From positions 1 through 42,592 of the forward strand of contig JYFJ02003386.1 of assembly GCA_000934665.2 (NCBI GenBank): a stretch of 42,592 bases of DNA, given 5' to 3'. Position numbers and translations under genes: made by a program. This document shows, piece by piece, positions 11,401 through 23,100 of the stretch. This stretch comes from Catajapyx aquilonaris. Lineage: Eukaryota. Below the pieces are notes generated by a model. That model was given only the letters and a program-made list of their open reading frames with translations. It was not told the origin of the DNA and searched no databases. Numbering within the stretch: the first letter of the stretch is position 1; each line of letters begins with the position of its first letter.

Positions 11401-14400
11401 ACGTTGCAGGTATGGGACATTAGGTTAGACCTATTTGTAGATACAACCAGGCATATGATTTTTCAATTATAATGCGCATAGATTTTAACATTTATATGAG
11501 AATTTATACGAGAGAGGTATAAGAACAGTGTTGGACAGCAAAGTAGCTCGAGTTAAATGTAATGGGGACTTTTTTTAATCGTGTTATTTATCTAGGCGCA
11601 CGTTGTGAGAAATTAAAATATAGCGACCACACAATTTCATTACGTAATTAACTGCAATATTTGGATATTAATAAAAGATAAATGACATAATTATACAGTA
11701 TAATATTATGGTGCGTCACCTCCAAATATATTCCTTAAAGCCATGCGATGGTGAAGCTACTAAATCAAGATTCGCAGTGATGACGCGAGAGCCACTTGAT
11801 TGGAGAGCGGCATCATCGATTGACATCAATTGCTATATGCATAATGAACTCTGCTAAAAATGCACCAAATGTTAGCATATATCCTTGCCGATAAAGATTT
11901 TCAGTCGAGTCCATTTTCAATACACGGATTGCAAAATGAAGCTGAATAATAAATTATGGTGGTAGAAACTGGTGTTTACAATCCCAGGAGAAAAAGGTAC
12001 ACCTTGTTCGGGGCTAATGTGCCCACTTGTTGGGATGTCTTTGATGGGATTTTATGGGATCCTATGGGACTTACGCTTTTGATAATAATTGAAGGGTTTG
12101 GTGGAAAACCAGGATATGCCCACTTTTGTTACCTTCGAGAAAACAAAGAAAAACTGAATTGCAGGAAAATTTCACAAAATTTTCTAATGATAATTTTTTG
12201 TTGAATAGGATGATACATGCACCAGAATATGAAGTTTGTACGATGCATATTACACCTTCTACAGTAGAGTATAATGTGGACAAGTCTTGTTTTTGCACCG
12301 AATGAGAATCAGACATGTCCAAGAGCATGGACAAACTTATTCCTCAATTACAGGCATACATAGTGTTACATACTCATCACCTAATTCATCATCAGACATT
12401 CAGACTCCTCATCACTCTGTTCAGCTATACTTCAGCGCTTTAGTGACTTATACTAATGGGGGATTCCACGTCAACTAGGACCATTTTTCTTATAAATATT
12501 TTCCGATTTCGACCAAAATTCATGAATTTGTAGTAGTCGTCGTTGTATGTAAGGAACCAAGATTTTGTCTTTCTGTGACACGCGGTTGCGAAACTAGTAC
12601 ATGGTGTGTAATTGCGATTTTTCACTCATCATTTGACGCTGCTGGGCTTGTAATGGAGGCCTGTAACCTCTGAACCTCTAAAGTGAATCCAAATCTGATA
12701 CGTGATTTTGGAAGCTCTTTTAAAGGCTTTTAATAATATCGCATTGAAAATAGCCGGGATAAAATCTTTCAATGTCAAGATGGCGTCGAAATTTTGAATT
12801 TAATATAACTCAAAGTTCGCTACTTTTGGGATTTTTCGAATGGACCTGAAAATGAAGCGGGAAATGTATGCTTCATGTTTCCGAAAACGAAAAGTCTATG
12901 AAGTGACCTTTGGAATTTCACCCGCTAGAGGGCGAAAACGCAGCCGGTGCGCGCTCTGGACAGTACACTGGTCACTTGGGAGGGCTATATTCCTAAATGG
13001 ACTACATGACAGATCTAATTATTGTACCAAAAGATGCAGAATGGCCCCAAGGTGGCAGAACTACCCATAACTAATTTTCGGCCAAAAGTGGACATTATCC
13101 TGTTTTTCCACCAAACACTTCAATTCGCCTTATTTTCGCTGCATGTTAGGCCTACCCGTACAATAAAGCTGATCAAAAATCGAGGCGCTCAGTTCGTAAT
13201 TTTTTGGGGGGCAATACTATACTGCAGGTTATTTCCCTCAAAATATATTATAATATGCAACTGAGAATCTAACCACGCCTCTTGATGCTAAAGTTTGTTT
13301 GCTTTATTTCTCCCGGTGGGATACTCACAGATTCGGCTCCACAACCTCCTTGGAGGTGTTACAAATTGAGCTAGTTAATAATGCGACACTCCCTTCCTCC
13401 CCTCATCCTCATCCCTCTTACCCTTCCTCTAACACCCCTAGTTCACCAGCTTCGTTCCCTATACTACCCAACAACGTGGTTGTTTTCCGCCAGGCTAGTT
13501 CATGCTTGTTCATTTATGGTGGAAAACTGACATGTGCGCAAATATTTGAACTGACCTCTTTTATCACTCCGGGGGAATTAGGCAACACCGCTGAGGGGAA
13601 CTTCGACTTGTTTCGCAAACGATGAACAACGCTTAACGCGATTTTTTTTTTTTCTGTGGATCTGTTCTGTTGGTTTTAACTTTGGAAATGGCACAGGTTG
13701 AGAACATTGTCATTGGCTAAATTCTTCATGGTCACCTGGGAGCCAATACCCGTGCAAGACCATTCGGAATCTAATGAAAAGAATAAGAGCAATAAATAAT
13801 AAATAATAAGTGCAATAAATAAAGAATAAGAGACTAAGAGCATTGGTGATTTCGATTAAAAGTTTAGCAAAATGGATAACTAAGGCGGTGGCCACCATGG
13901 GTGTTCAGTATAGCTTTGTGCGCCTGAAATAGATCAACACTGTCCTTAATTAGCAATTTAACGGCATGTGTGTAAACTGTAAGACCATATAGCACCCGAG
14001 GTGCAATAATGGTGTGTGCTAATTAATTCAACATACCCGATTGAATGTCACTTTTTTGAAGGAAAAATATCAACGTTGCTCTCAATATTGCATATACAGT
14101 ATCAGTCGCCTATTTTCTCCCGAATCTTACGGAAACTGTTGCTCCCCTAAAAATAGCACTTACGACTTGATCGTGTCTTCTGAGTTGCATATCGCGTTAC
14201 GCTTTCCATCTCGACAAGGATTCCCTCGCCAATATTGTTACTCGTCTTTGAGATCATCAACTCTGAGTGGATGATTTTAAAACGTTTCTCAGAAATGCGG
14301 ACTTACAGGAAAAACAATAATAATCAGGTTACTTTAAAAGGGCGTTGACAGAGAGAGCATGCAATAACCTTATAGCGTACAGTATTTTGACGAACTTTGA

Positions 14401-14769
14401 TCGCGGAAGCTGATTATGAAGAATGCAGCATTTATTTATAGTAGTCTATAGACGAGGACAATATTATCAGTCATATACAAGGTTCCACATGTTCAGTCAG
14501 AATCATTTAAATCCTGTTATGTTTTCTCATTTTCGCTAGATATATTTTAAAGTCATATTAAAGGCATGTAAACCAAACAGTATAAAACTGACGAGACTGT
14601 ATTTTAAACGTGTCAACCTGAAAAATATCCCCATCATTGCAGCATATGCACTCGGGCTGAGGCTCTTGAACCTTAAGGAAGAAAGACATTACCTACAGCA
14701 ATACCCTGCAATCACATAATAATTATGTATAATTCGAGACAACACCTTTTGCAAAGGCCGTATAAAGTA

Positions 14770-14775
14770 TTTATT
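14770..14775 (-). promoter_or_regulatory. Candidate polyadenylation signal AATAAA of orphan gene copy C
   Basis: TTTATT on + strand, ~30 nt downstream of the TGA at 14804-14806. Confidence 0.4.
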
Positions 14776-14803
14776 CACATCACAGAGTTTTCATGTAGAG
14801 CGT

Positions 14804-15196
14804 TCAATTTAAGCCACCACTGCGATCCTCTTCTTCAGTCTCGTCAACGTAGTTCCTGTGCTTTTTGTTAGGGGGTTATAGGACTTGGGTATTCTCCGGA
14901 TGAGCAGCCTGTTGGTCATGGGCAGCAGCACCACAATACACGTTCCCCTCACCCATGGTGTTAGCCAAAATGCGCGAAAGATCAATCTCATCAGCAGCTT
15001 GTTGGTCAATCTTCAAGCGAATCAGCTGGTTTAGGAACAGGGCGTATAAGATCGCTGAAGAGAGACAAGGGGTTCGGTTTGTGCACAGTTCGACCATGAA
15101 ATCAACCACCTTCTTAGCGATTGGAATGGCCAAATTCGAAGGGACATCTAGTTCTAATAGTTCCTGTTCGGGTCGGCAATACATTTTAACTGGCAT
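14804..15196 (-). pseudogene. Main coding exon of orphan gene copy C (106-aa ORF MPVKMYCRPEQEL...QVL*, frame continues PPNKKHRNYVDETEEEDRSGGLN*)
   Basis: ORF 14876..15196; the in-frame TAA at 14876-14878 looks premature because the downstream PPNKKHRN matches EPSNKRAKN of copy A; no domain recognised. Could still be a shortened functional CDS. Confidence 0.65.
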
Positions 15197-15460
15197 TTCT
15201 GCTGGACAACTTTATAAACTCAACAATTAAATTTTCTCAGTGCATTCCCTATACTATAATGAATAAGCAGGATATATTTTTAATACTTCCTCCTCAGATG
15301 CACACCATTATTTTAATTATTGTTAGAATAATTGTTTAATAATATATTTTTGCATGGCTAATAACAATTTTCATGTTATTTTCATATATTTATTTTTGGC
15401 AGGGGTTTAGGTCATTTGTATCTTGTAACTCAGCTCGAGAAAGTAAAACACTGCACTTAC

Positions 15461-15599
15461 ATTAAACAGAACCTCTAAGTTGTTATCCTCAGGCATCTTT
15501 GGCTGTTTTATAAGGTTGTAAAGCCTTTGAAAAACCTTTTAATAAACTTTCGGCAATCATACTCCGACTAGAAATTTGCTGACTGAATTGAGGATCCAT
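15461..15599 (-). pseudogene. Putative first coding exon of copy C (MDPQFSQQISSRSMIAESLLKGFSKALQPYKTAKDA*), disrupted
   Basis: gccATGg at 15599, GTAAGTGCAGT donor at 15460, homologous to 1419-1545; in-frame TGA before the donor. Confidence 0.45.
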
Positions 15600-15692
15600 G
15601 GCAACGGTCAGTCAACAATTTACAGTCATGGTACCCAAAACACTAGGGCTGTTGTGTCAGTAATTATACATGCTGAGGTACGAAACCGTAAA

Positions 15693-16375
15693 AAGGTGAA
15701 TGGGGAAGTAGCCTTCATTTTGGAAACTACATAATAAATTCGCCCATATTTTTTGGATTTTTTTGGCATATTCCGTTTTAAGATATCAGTTCCCGTTCCG
15801 GAGTAATTGGGGTTTTTATGTAGGGAAATGGTGACGTCACTGTTTCCCTAGAAAATGTTGACGTCACGCGAAGTGAAATGAACGCAAAAATGGTGTTATA
15901 GAACGCGCCCCGTCATTGTTGGGAAATGCTTCGCTGTGGTTAACAACCGTCCCATTCCGTGAGCAAGATAGCGGCCGGGGCGCGTTTTTACTTCACGCCG
16001 CTCAATCAGCTAAGGGGCTGGCAGTGGTGCCAACTGGCAGGAATCATCTGTCACCCGAATTCGGCACATGAAGGCCCCCTTTCTCCACCTCGATGGCCTA
16101 CAGCCGCCTTGCGAATGCTTTCCGTCGTGTCCGCGGTTAATTCAAAGTCAAATTCCTCATATCTCGCAGTCAACCAGGCATTTCAGTGTACCCTTTCGAT
16201 TGGCTGCGGCGTTTTTCCCGCCAATTTTGAAGGCACTTTTAAATGTGCCGTAATTTATCCAGTAATGTCATTTTGATGCAACAGAGTGGTGGAATGTATG
16301 TTTACAGGCATGGGCTAGCTAGTTATGAACAAAAATCCCAAATCCCAGACCAAGGCTAGTTCCCCATTGGCGTCT
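15693..16375. mobile_element. Old non-autonomous DNA transposon with imperfect TIRs inserted in copy C
   Basis: AATGGGGAAGTAGCCTT (15699) versus AAGGCTAGTTCCCCATT (~16352-16368); interval absent from copy A (~1670-1690). Confidence 0.65.
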
Positions 16376-16614
16376 GGAATGAAAGTATTGTGCGATAGGA
16401 ATCCCTGGTATGAGCAACTTGACACAGACTCGGAAGAACGTTGCACTGGCATCGGAAGTCAACCCTTTCCTGGTCTATTAACTCTAAACAACTGCTATTG
16501 TCTCGTGCAAGATACCGCCACATGCTATTGGTTACATTCTCCCATAATAATTACTGGATCATCGTTATCATCATTGTAACTGGCATTTAACTTTCCTACG
16601 TGCAATACAAGGAC

Positions 16615-16667
16615 AGTCTATCGTTTATCCGCACCTTAGCGACGCAGGCTGGGTTGGGCGGAATTTC
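16615..16667 (+). mobile_element. Isolated terminus of the 18997-19954 element family
   Basis: AGTCTATCGTTTATCCGCACCTTAGCGACGCAGGCTGGGTTGGGCG closely matches 18994-19038. Confidence 0.75.
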
Positions 16668-16780
16668 GCTCCCTCCGGATAACTGCAATAACTGAGGGCG
16701 ATATGATACTCTTCAAGACGAGGGCATGTCATTCCTTGCTCCTAATTTCCTATAGGCACCTCTATCTCAGGGTACGACAG

Positions 16781-16870
16781 CTTTCAATCAACTGGTATTT
16801 AAATGCCAGTTGATTGAAAGTAGTAGCTTAATTTTGTGTAATAATAATTATTACACAAAATTAAGCTACT
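16781..16870. repeat. Two adjacent essentially spacerless palindromes (40 bp and 49 bp)
   Basis: CTTTCAATCAACTGGTATTT|AAATGCCAGTTGATTGAAAG (1 mismatch); AGTAGCTTAATTTTGTGTAATAAT-A-ATTATTACACAAAATTAAGCTACT (perfect 24-bp arms). Confidence 0.95.
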
Positions 16871-17213
16871 CGTCTACAATCATGTAACCTACTATATAAC
16901 ACAACCACACAACTATCTAACTACTGTACTTGGATGTTAGGAGTCCTGTGTGCATCACTTCGGATCTGGCTGGTGAGTGGCCATAATATGGTTGTTGTTG
17001 TTGTTCTTCAAGTGACTGCCTCACCTGAAAGGGTATATAGATCGGGGTAAATTATCATGCGACAGCCTCGAAGTAAATAATCCTGTCTTATTTTTAGCTC
17101 TTTATGAAAATCCCTCTAACCTCATGTCGCTTGTGGAGAACCCTCCCCTTCCAAAAAAAAACAAAAAAAAACACAAAAAACAAAAAAACAAAAAACTGCA
17201 TATCACGCTGTTA

Positions 17214-17354
17214 AGGCCGGTATCAACGTACGAGATTCTGCGCATGACCAGACACGAGAAAGTTGAAACTTTTCAACTTTCTCGTATCTGGGCATGCGCA
17301 GTTGGCTCCTCGCGGCTCCTCGTATGCGAGAATCTCGTACGTTGATACCGGCCT
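17214..17354. mobile_element. PIF/Harbinger-type MITE, 141 bp, TTA TSD
   Basis: TTA|AGGCCGGTATCAACGTACGAGATTCT...AGAATCTCGTACGTTGATACCGGCCT|TTA; 26-bp perfect TIR plus an internal palindrome. Confidence 0.9.
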
Positions 17355-17762
17355 TTACACCCCTTTCCCAGACTCATTTTTTTTAAGTAGTCGGTAAACG
17401 CAAATTTATAAGCCAAAGGTGTCCATGTAACATGACCAGCCAATCGTGACGAAGAGTGGGGATTAATCACGCACGTCAAGCTCAAAAAAGATTTACACAA
17501 AGTCGGTATTGTGGCGCATCTGAATCAGCTCAAGTATATACTGATTGTTGAAGTTGGCAACACTGATGTAGTTCAAACAATAATGTATAGGCTATGCAGT
17601 AGCTGATATAGACTAATTGCTGAGGAGACTGATCTCGCATTTCTTCGCCTGAACACAAATCGCTTCGTAAATCTCAGCAAATGTTGCCGCCTGAAATGCT
17701 GCCGCAGACGGGAATGTCTGCCCTGGTGGAGAAGAGAGCCATCATAACCTGGTGTCTACCAT

Positions 17763-18124
17763 ATTTTTTTCATACGGTACATTCATTCATTTTTTTTCTA
17801 TACTGATATACTGATATGAATGAGGTTGTATCTTGTATGAGGTCCCGTCTGGTTCGCCAGCGACGGTACTCTCTTCCTCGAGCGGTCCTCGGACCTGACT
17901 CGCATTTCTTGGTTGGACGGGGTGCTTGGGAGAATATCCCACCCCCGTCCCTGGGTTGGACCCGGCATTGCAGTACAACCGGGGCCAGCCCTCCTCTCCC
18001 CCACCCTTCTCACCCACCCTACCTTGCAATCCCACACCTTCCTCTCCTACCCCCGGCTGCCAAGGCTCGACTCAGACAGAGCCATACAAGCTGGGTAACC
18101 CTTTCCTACCAACCAACCAACCAA
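17763..18124 (+). mobile_element. 5'-truncated non-LTR retroelement/SINE insertion with (CCAA)n tail
   Basis: 13-bp direct repeat TGGTGTCTACCAT at 17750-17762 and 18125-18137; 3' tail ACCAACCAACCAACCAA. Confidence 0.8.
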
Positions 18125-18339
18125 TGGTGTCTACCATGAATGATATCTGCTTAATCCCTAGTGGGAATTTTTTTAAATAATACTGAAATCAATTAATTGG
18201 GAGATTCCCGGGGCCTGACCCTGGGGTGGACCTCCCTGACTGGGGCACACCCGTGTGTGCTTCACCCGGTCACTTCCGCAGGACGTGTCCTGGATGAGGC
18301 CAACAAGTCTAAAAACAAGAGAGGGTCCCATTTAATGTA

Positions 18340-18580
18340 CACTGTACTCTCGATTATCCGTGCTAATGAATGCACGGGTTACCCGGACAATCGGAAAATG
18401 ACACCGTAAGAAATTACCATATACCATATTTTAGTTTCTCTTCTAGAAAAGTTTGTTATAAGTTACCAATAATTCTTTGTTTGAGACACATATTGATATT
18501 CTTTCAGACTTACACTTCTTATTTTTGTTTTTGGCTATGCACGGGTAATCATCTGCAACCGGATAATCGGGAGTACAGTG
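18340..18580. mobile_element. TA-flanked MITE (pogo/Tc1-mariner-like), 241 bp
   Basis: TA|CACTGTACTCTCGATTATCCG...CGGATAATCGGGAGTACAGTG|TA; 21-bp TIR with 1 mismatch. Confidence 0.88.
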
Positions 18581-18996
18581 TATTACGTCTATTGACAACC
18601 TGGGAAAAGAAGGGGTAGGAGCTAGGGGCATAGCGCTTCAGATGGGTGCTATACTGTAGCGTTGCAGTCGACCCAAAATTGTTCGTTCCAAATGGTTTAA
18701 TAATTTAATTAATCGTTACAATTTTAAAATACTGATGTGACATCGAACTTGCAATGGTGATCAAGTCTGATGTGATGCAGTGAAATTTTACTATGAATTT
18801 CTAGGGGGTTTTCCAATTGAAAATAATTATATTCCATAGTGGTTGGGGTGTTTTTTTTGTGTGTGTTTACTACTGTAAGTTGCTTATTTTATGCAGCTAC
18901 TCTTTCATATAGGTACTTTAAGTGGGGATGACTTTGTGACAGTTTTTGAGGTTTTTCGTATCAGCGGAAATGTTTTACCAACAAATGTCGGAAAGT

Positions 18997-19954
18997 CTAT
19001 CGTTTCCGCACCTTAGCGACGCGGGCGGGGTTGGGCGTGCGTGGTGGGCTCCTGACGGTTGGCAACGCGTCGCAAACAATCGGTTGCCTCTTGCCAGGAG
19101 AGCACAACAAAGGGCGTCTTCTTACCCCTACCACGCGAACCGATCAGACGAGTGCTGGGACCCCGGTATTAATGAAGGAGGTGGTAAATTTGAAAGCCAT
19201 GAGGGTTCCTGCAGTTCGTTAACCAAAAGAACGACATGATGTCACACCAGCCGTGTTTTCTGAGCATGTGCAGTGCCAGTAGTATGACTGCAGAGTGAGT
19301 CGTGGACGCATGATTGGAGGGGAGAGCCGGGTGGAGGCGGGCGGAACGTGACGTCATGTTAATTGGTTTAACGGACTGTGTGAAGGTAAACTTCGCCCTC
19401 TTGGCAAAGCCACAATAACGTTCGTTGACCTGCGGTGCACAATGAGGACCGGATTGTTGGCGTATACAAACCCGCAATATGCGCCCAGCCCCACTCACGC
19501 TTCGCAATAAACTAAAAATATCCTGCAGGGCGACGAACTGTGCCTGGCAGGGCCACAACAAAGGACAACAACGTTGCGGTAACAATAATCCATACAGCAT
19601 CACCCAGACAGAATGAACTCGAGTTGAAGGTCACGTTCGAATTCGGTAGGATTAAATGACGGGAAGTCCCAATCCCCAAGCCGGATGTGAGTTTGTTTAT
19701 TTTTGCCCGACGTTCGACAAGTATTGATTTTTTAAAAACCTAATCGACCTAATTGAACAAGAAAATTTGCCCCCTTTTACATAACTGTCCCATTTACGCA
19801 CCTGATTGGTTCGCGTGGCAAGGGTAGCAACGTACATTACTTTCTCTCCCGGCAATCCATTGTTGGCGACGCGCGACGCACAGTTGCGAACCGTCGAGAG
19901 GCCACCCCGCCCGCCCAACCCCACCTTTTTTGCTAAGGTGCGGATAAACTATAG
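18997..19954. mobile_element. ~960-bp GC-rich non-autonomous element with long imperfect TIRs
   Basis: CTATCGTTTCCGCACCTTAGCGACGCGGGCGGGGTTGGGCG.. mirrored by ..CGCCCAACCCCACC...GCTAAGGTGCGGATAAACTATAG; inverted similarity runs ~200 bp (CCACGCGAACC.ATCAG in both arms); no TSD seen. Confidence 0.75.
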
Positions 19955-19999
19955 TATGTACTATATAATATAGCCTAATACAATGTTGATAGCACACTA

Positions 20000-20160
20000 G
20001 GGTCGGGTTGCACCGACTTTCGGAAAATTTGTCTGACTGACAAAGAGCCAAGTTAGTTTGTTATTCATTGTTGACAGTATGGTTGACAACAATGAATAAC
20101 AAAGTAACCCGGTTCTTTATCGGCCAGACAAATTTTCTGGGAGCCGGTGCCACCCGGCCT
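20000..20160. mobile_element. Palindromic PIF/Harbinger-like MITE
   Basis: GGGTCGGGTTGCACCG...CGGTGCCACCCGGCCT; whole element folds back (TTTGTTATTCATTGTTG / CAACAATGAATAACAAA); flanks only loosely TWA-like. Confidence 0.75.
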
Positions 20161-23100
20161 ATAGGCCACGTTATTGTTTTATGAAATCAAGCAGACAAGA
20201 TTAGGATTTCGTCGGCAGATTGAGAATGACTTAATTAAATGGCCTCCTTTTGATTCGCTAATAATGTCGCATATTGGATTTGACATTATCTTACACAGTT
20301 GCGCAGAGCAGTCCAGTTTTATAACTTGACTTGCATTTTTTACATACAAGACATCTCTCACAATGAACGACACACTTTGAATTTGCAGCATATTTTAACA
20401 ACCGTACGAATTTCAAACTTGGATTGAGTTTGCAGCTTTTACACATCGATAGTTCATTATCCATAGTTAGAAAACTCAGTGCGGGATTATATCATTATTA
20501 TGAACATTTCTGGATGGAATGCTTATTATTAATAGCTCCCCTGATTACACAGATGTTCGCATAACCCGTGCCACTTGTGTCTGTTACGTGTACTTGAACA
20601 AATACTCTTCATGACGTCAGTCACGTTTCCATTCCAGATCTCAAATCAGAAAGAGGAGGTTAGACTACTCCCAGCATGCATTACATCAAATTCTAACGGA
20701 GTTATCTTCAATTTGCAGAATATCACTCGAATCAACCCAAGACATCAGCCAGTATAACTACAAGCGCAAATCTGAGTCCCCCATTGGTAAGTACCAAATT
20801 TAACTTTGTTCAAGTGCTATGCGCTGTATTGTAGTATGAGCTGCTTTATATTGAAGGCAATCGGGATATACATCTCGTCCCTATTAGCGCGTATGACCCT
20901 AGGCAATGGAGTCTTCAATGCATGCATCGGTGTGGTGAAGTGATGGCCATAATAATTAGCACTATTAGGTACCTACTGAAGTAGTTCAGTGTATATCCTC
21001 ATCCCTTCATGTTAGTATACGTTGCCTTCTGGGGGTATTTAGGATCCACTGGTCACACTATAGAAGCTGCCTCTGTCCTTGAGGAAAGCCTGGGTGACGT
21101 GTGGGATATGTCTATAGTATTTGGGTCATCACTATAATATTGTGAGCTAGTCGAGTGTGCTTTTCTCTCCTTACTTTTACATCAACATGACTGTGTGAAC
21201 CCCAAGATTAACTGCCACGCCTTTTTGAGTCCTCGATAATTAATTCCTTTGTTTTGAAGTGTGCCGGCAGTGTTACCCAGAAATCCAGCTGAAATGAAAC
21301 ACCTTCACGTATAGACAGCAAGGCTTGCGGTAAAGTAGGCTTTGGCTGGCGAAGAAAAATAGTGTTCCGAATTGAATTGTGTGGATAGCTTGTTGAAAGA
21401 AAAACAACGAAGGAAGGCACACAGAGGTGCGAAGCGTAAAAAACTCCCGAGGAGCAAAACCGGGAGACAGCGACCGAGCTAATTTTCCGAAGAATCCTTT
21501 GAAATCGAGAAGAGTGTGGTCTTTAGTTCTGATGCAATGCACCGTAATTAGGGCTACAACCCCCATGCCTTTGGAATTGCCAATCTGTCTAGGCACTCTC
21601 ATCAAAGTTTCAACGCTAAAAGGAAAATGTGCGGCGAAGGTGCAATGGCTCATTTTATCTCCCTTGTATACTTTTAAGAGTTCTATAACACAGGCATAAG
21701 AATTGCAAGTGTTTGATGAAAGTACAGTTGAGATACCCTGTGTAATATACAGTATATCTGGAGCACCACACGTGTAAGTTTTATGTTGTGGAACTTCTTC
21801 CAGCTCCCTTAGTCCCCTTTCTTCATCCAGGGATGCTCCAGTCTACTTTACTTCCAAGCCGCCTCTTTTTTTATTATTTTTTTGAGCCATGATATAGAGG
21901 TCCATAACACCAAAGAAGGAAATGACTACGTGGAGAGTCGCTCTTGAAAGGTGGCGGGGTGTATAGAAATATATAACCCCCTCCTTGGGAGTATATGCAG
22001 TATACACAAAGAAATTGGGATCAATAAAGGGGACGGGTGAGCATATATTTGAACGAAGAGAGAATGGTACGTAGGAAAACAATATAAAGTAGCGTACATT
22101 TTGTTTCAGGTATGCTAGAAAAATTGTTAGGAAAACATAATGTCGATTGTTTTTGTGGCAGATAGTATAGAATGGCATGAGCGCCATAAAACATATTGTT
22201 CGGTATATTATCTGTAACTAAAGCTATGAAAACTGAGCATGTACACTATAAGTATGTATCCAATCCACCGACCGCCTTATCTTACTACTTCCGCCTATAG
22301 CCAAAATCCAAACACGATAACGTAGCGAGAAAAGAGGCTCTCATGTCACACATCATAAACACGGTACCTCAAAAATTATCACATACATGACGTAACAACT
22401 AGTTTTGACGACCTTCTTATCGCATTCGATTGTTACATTTTGAAAAGAGATAAAGCGGTGGGTGGAAGCTGACTGATTTGAATTCAGAAGAGGAGTATTG
22501 GCCCAATTTTGCACCCCTTACGAAGCATTGCTCTAGTCTGCACAAAAAATGCACCATCCAATCTGGGCAATATCTAACAGAGGGTAGGATAACGGAAACT
22601 GATATGTCATTGTCCCTGGATAAGCTTCAATAGTTTCGTCTATCCAATCCACAGCTGTGGCCATTTGATCAGCTGGATTCCGAAGAATGCTTATTTCCAA
22701 GAGGAAATGCAATGCATTCTAGCTATATGCTCAAGCGGAAATTACACCTACGAATGTATAGCCTACTTTTTACAAAACACTGATTCACATATGAAGAATT
22801 CGTAATTCGACAATACCGCATCGCAAGGAAGCATTCAATGCATGATAAAAATCCTCGGAACTCTTTTGTGCATTCTCGTGGCAATATTGTTTGCGTTGCT
22901 ACATAAATTATGGCAGGAAATCATTAGTTAGATAGCATTTCTCGTTTGGAAAGATCAACGTGCAGTGCGGAAAAGCTCTTCCCCGAAAAATAATAAAACA
23001 CGCTAAAGTCTACATTTGAAAACGGGCGCGTTCATTACGGTCTGGAACTACGCACATTAATCCGTTTACGACAGAAACATGCAAATGAGACATTACTACC

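Larger units (their letters stand above)
14726..16555. repeat. Local segmental duplication, copy C
   Basis: Collinear with ~234-1868, apart from insertions at 15693-16375 (in C) and at 710-771 and ~960-1235 (in A). Confidence 0.85.

Noticed and set aside
14876..15196. Endogenous viral nucleoprotein or histone-fold assignment for the orphan ORF
   Set aside because: Only a vague helical/NLS-like resemblance; no diagnostic motif, and splice signals favour a cellular-type gene
16325..16579. Plus-strand ORF similar to 1692-1790 (CDRNPWYEQLD / CDKNPWLYEKFD)
   Set aside because: Differences are mostly non-synonymous and copy A has a frameshift/stop; explained by DNA-level duplication
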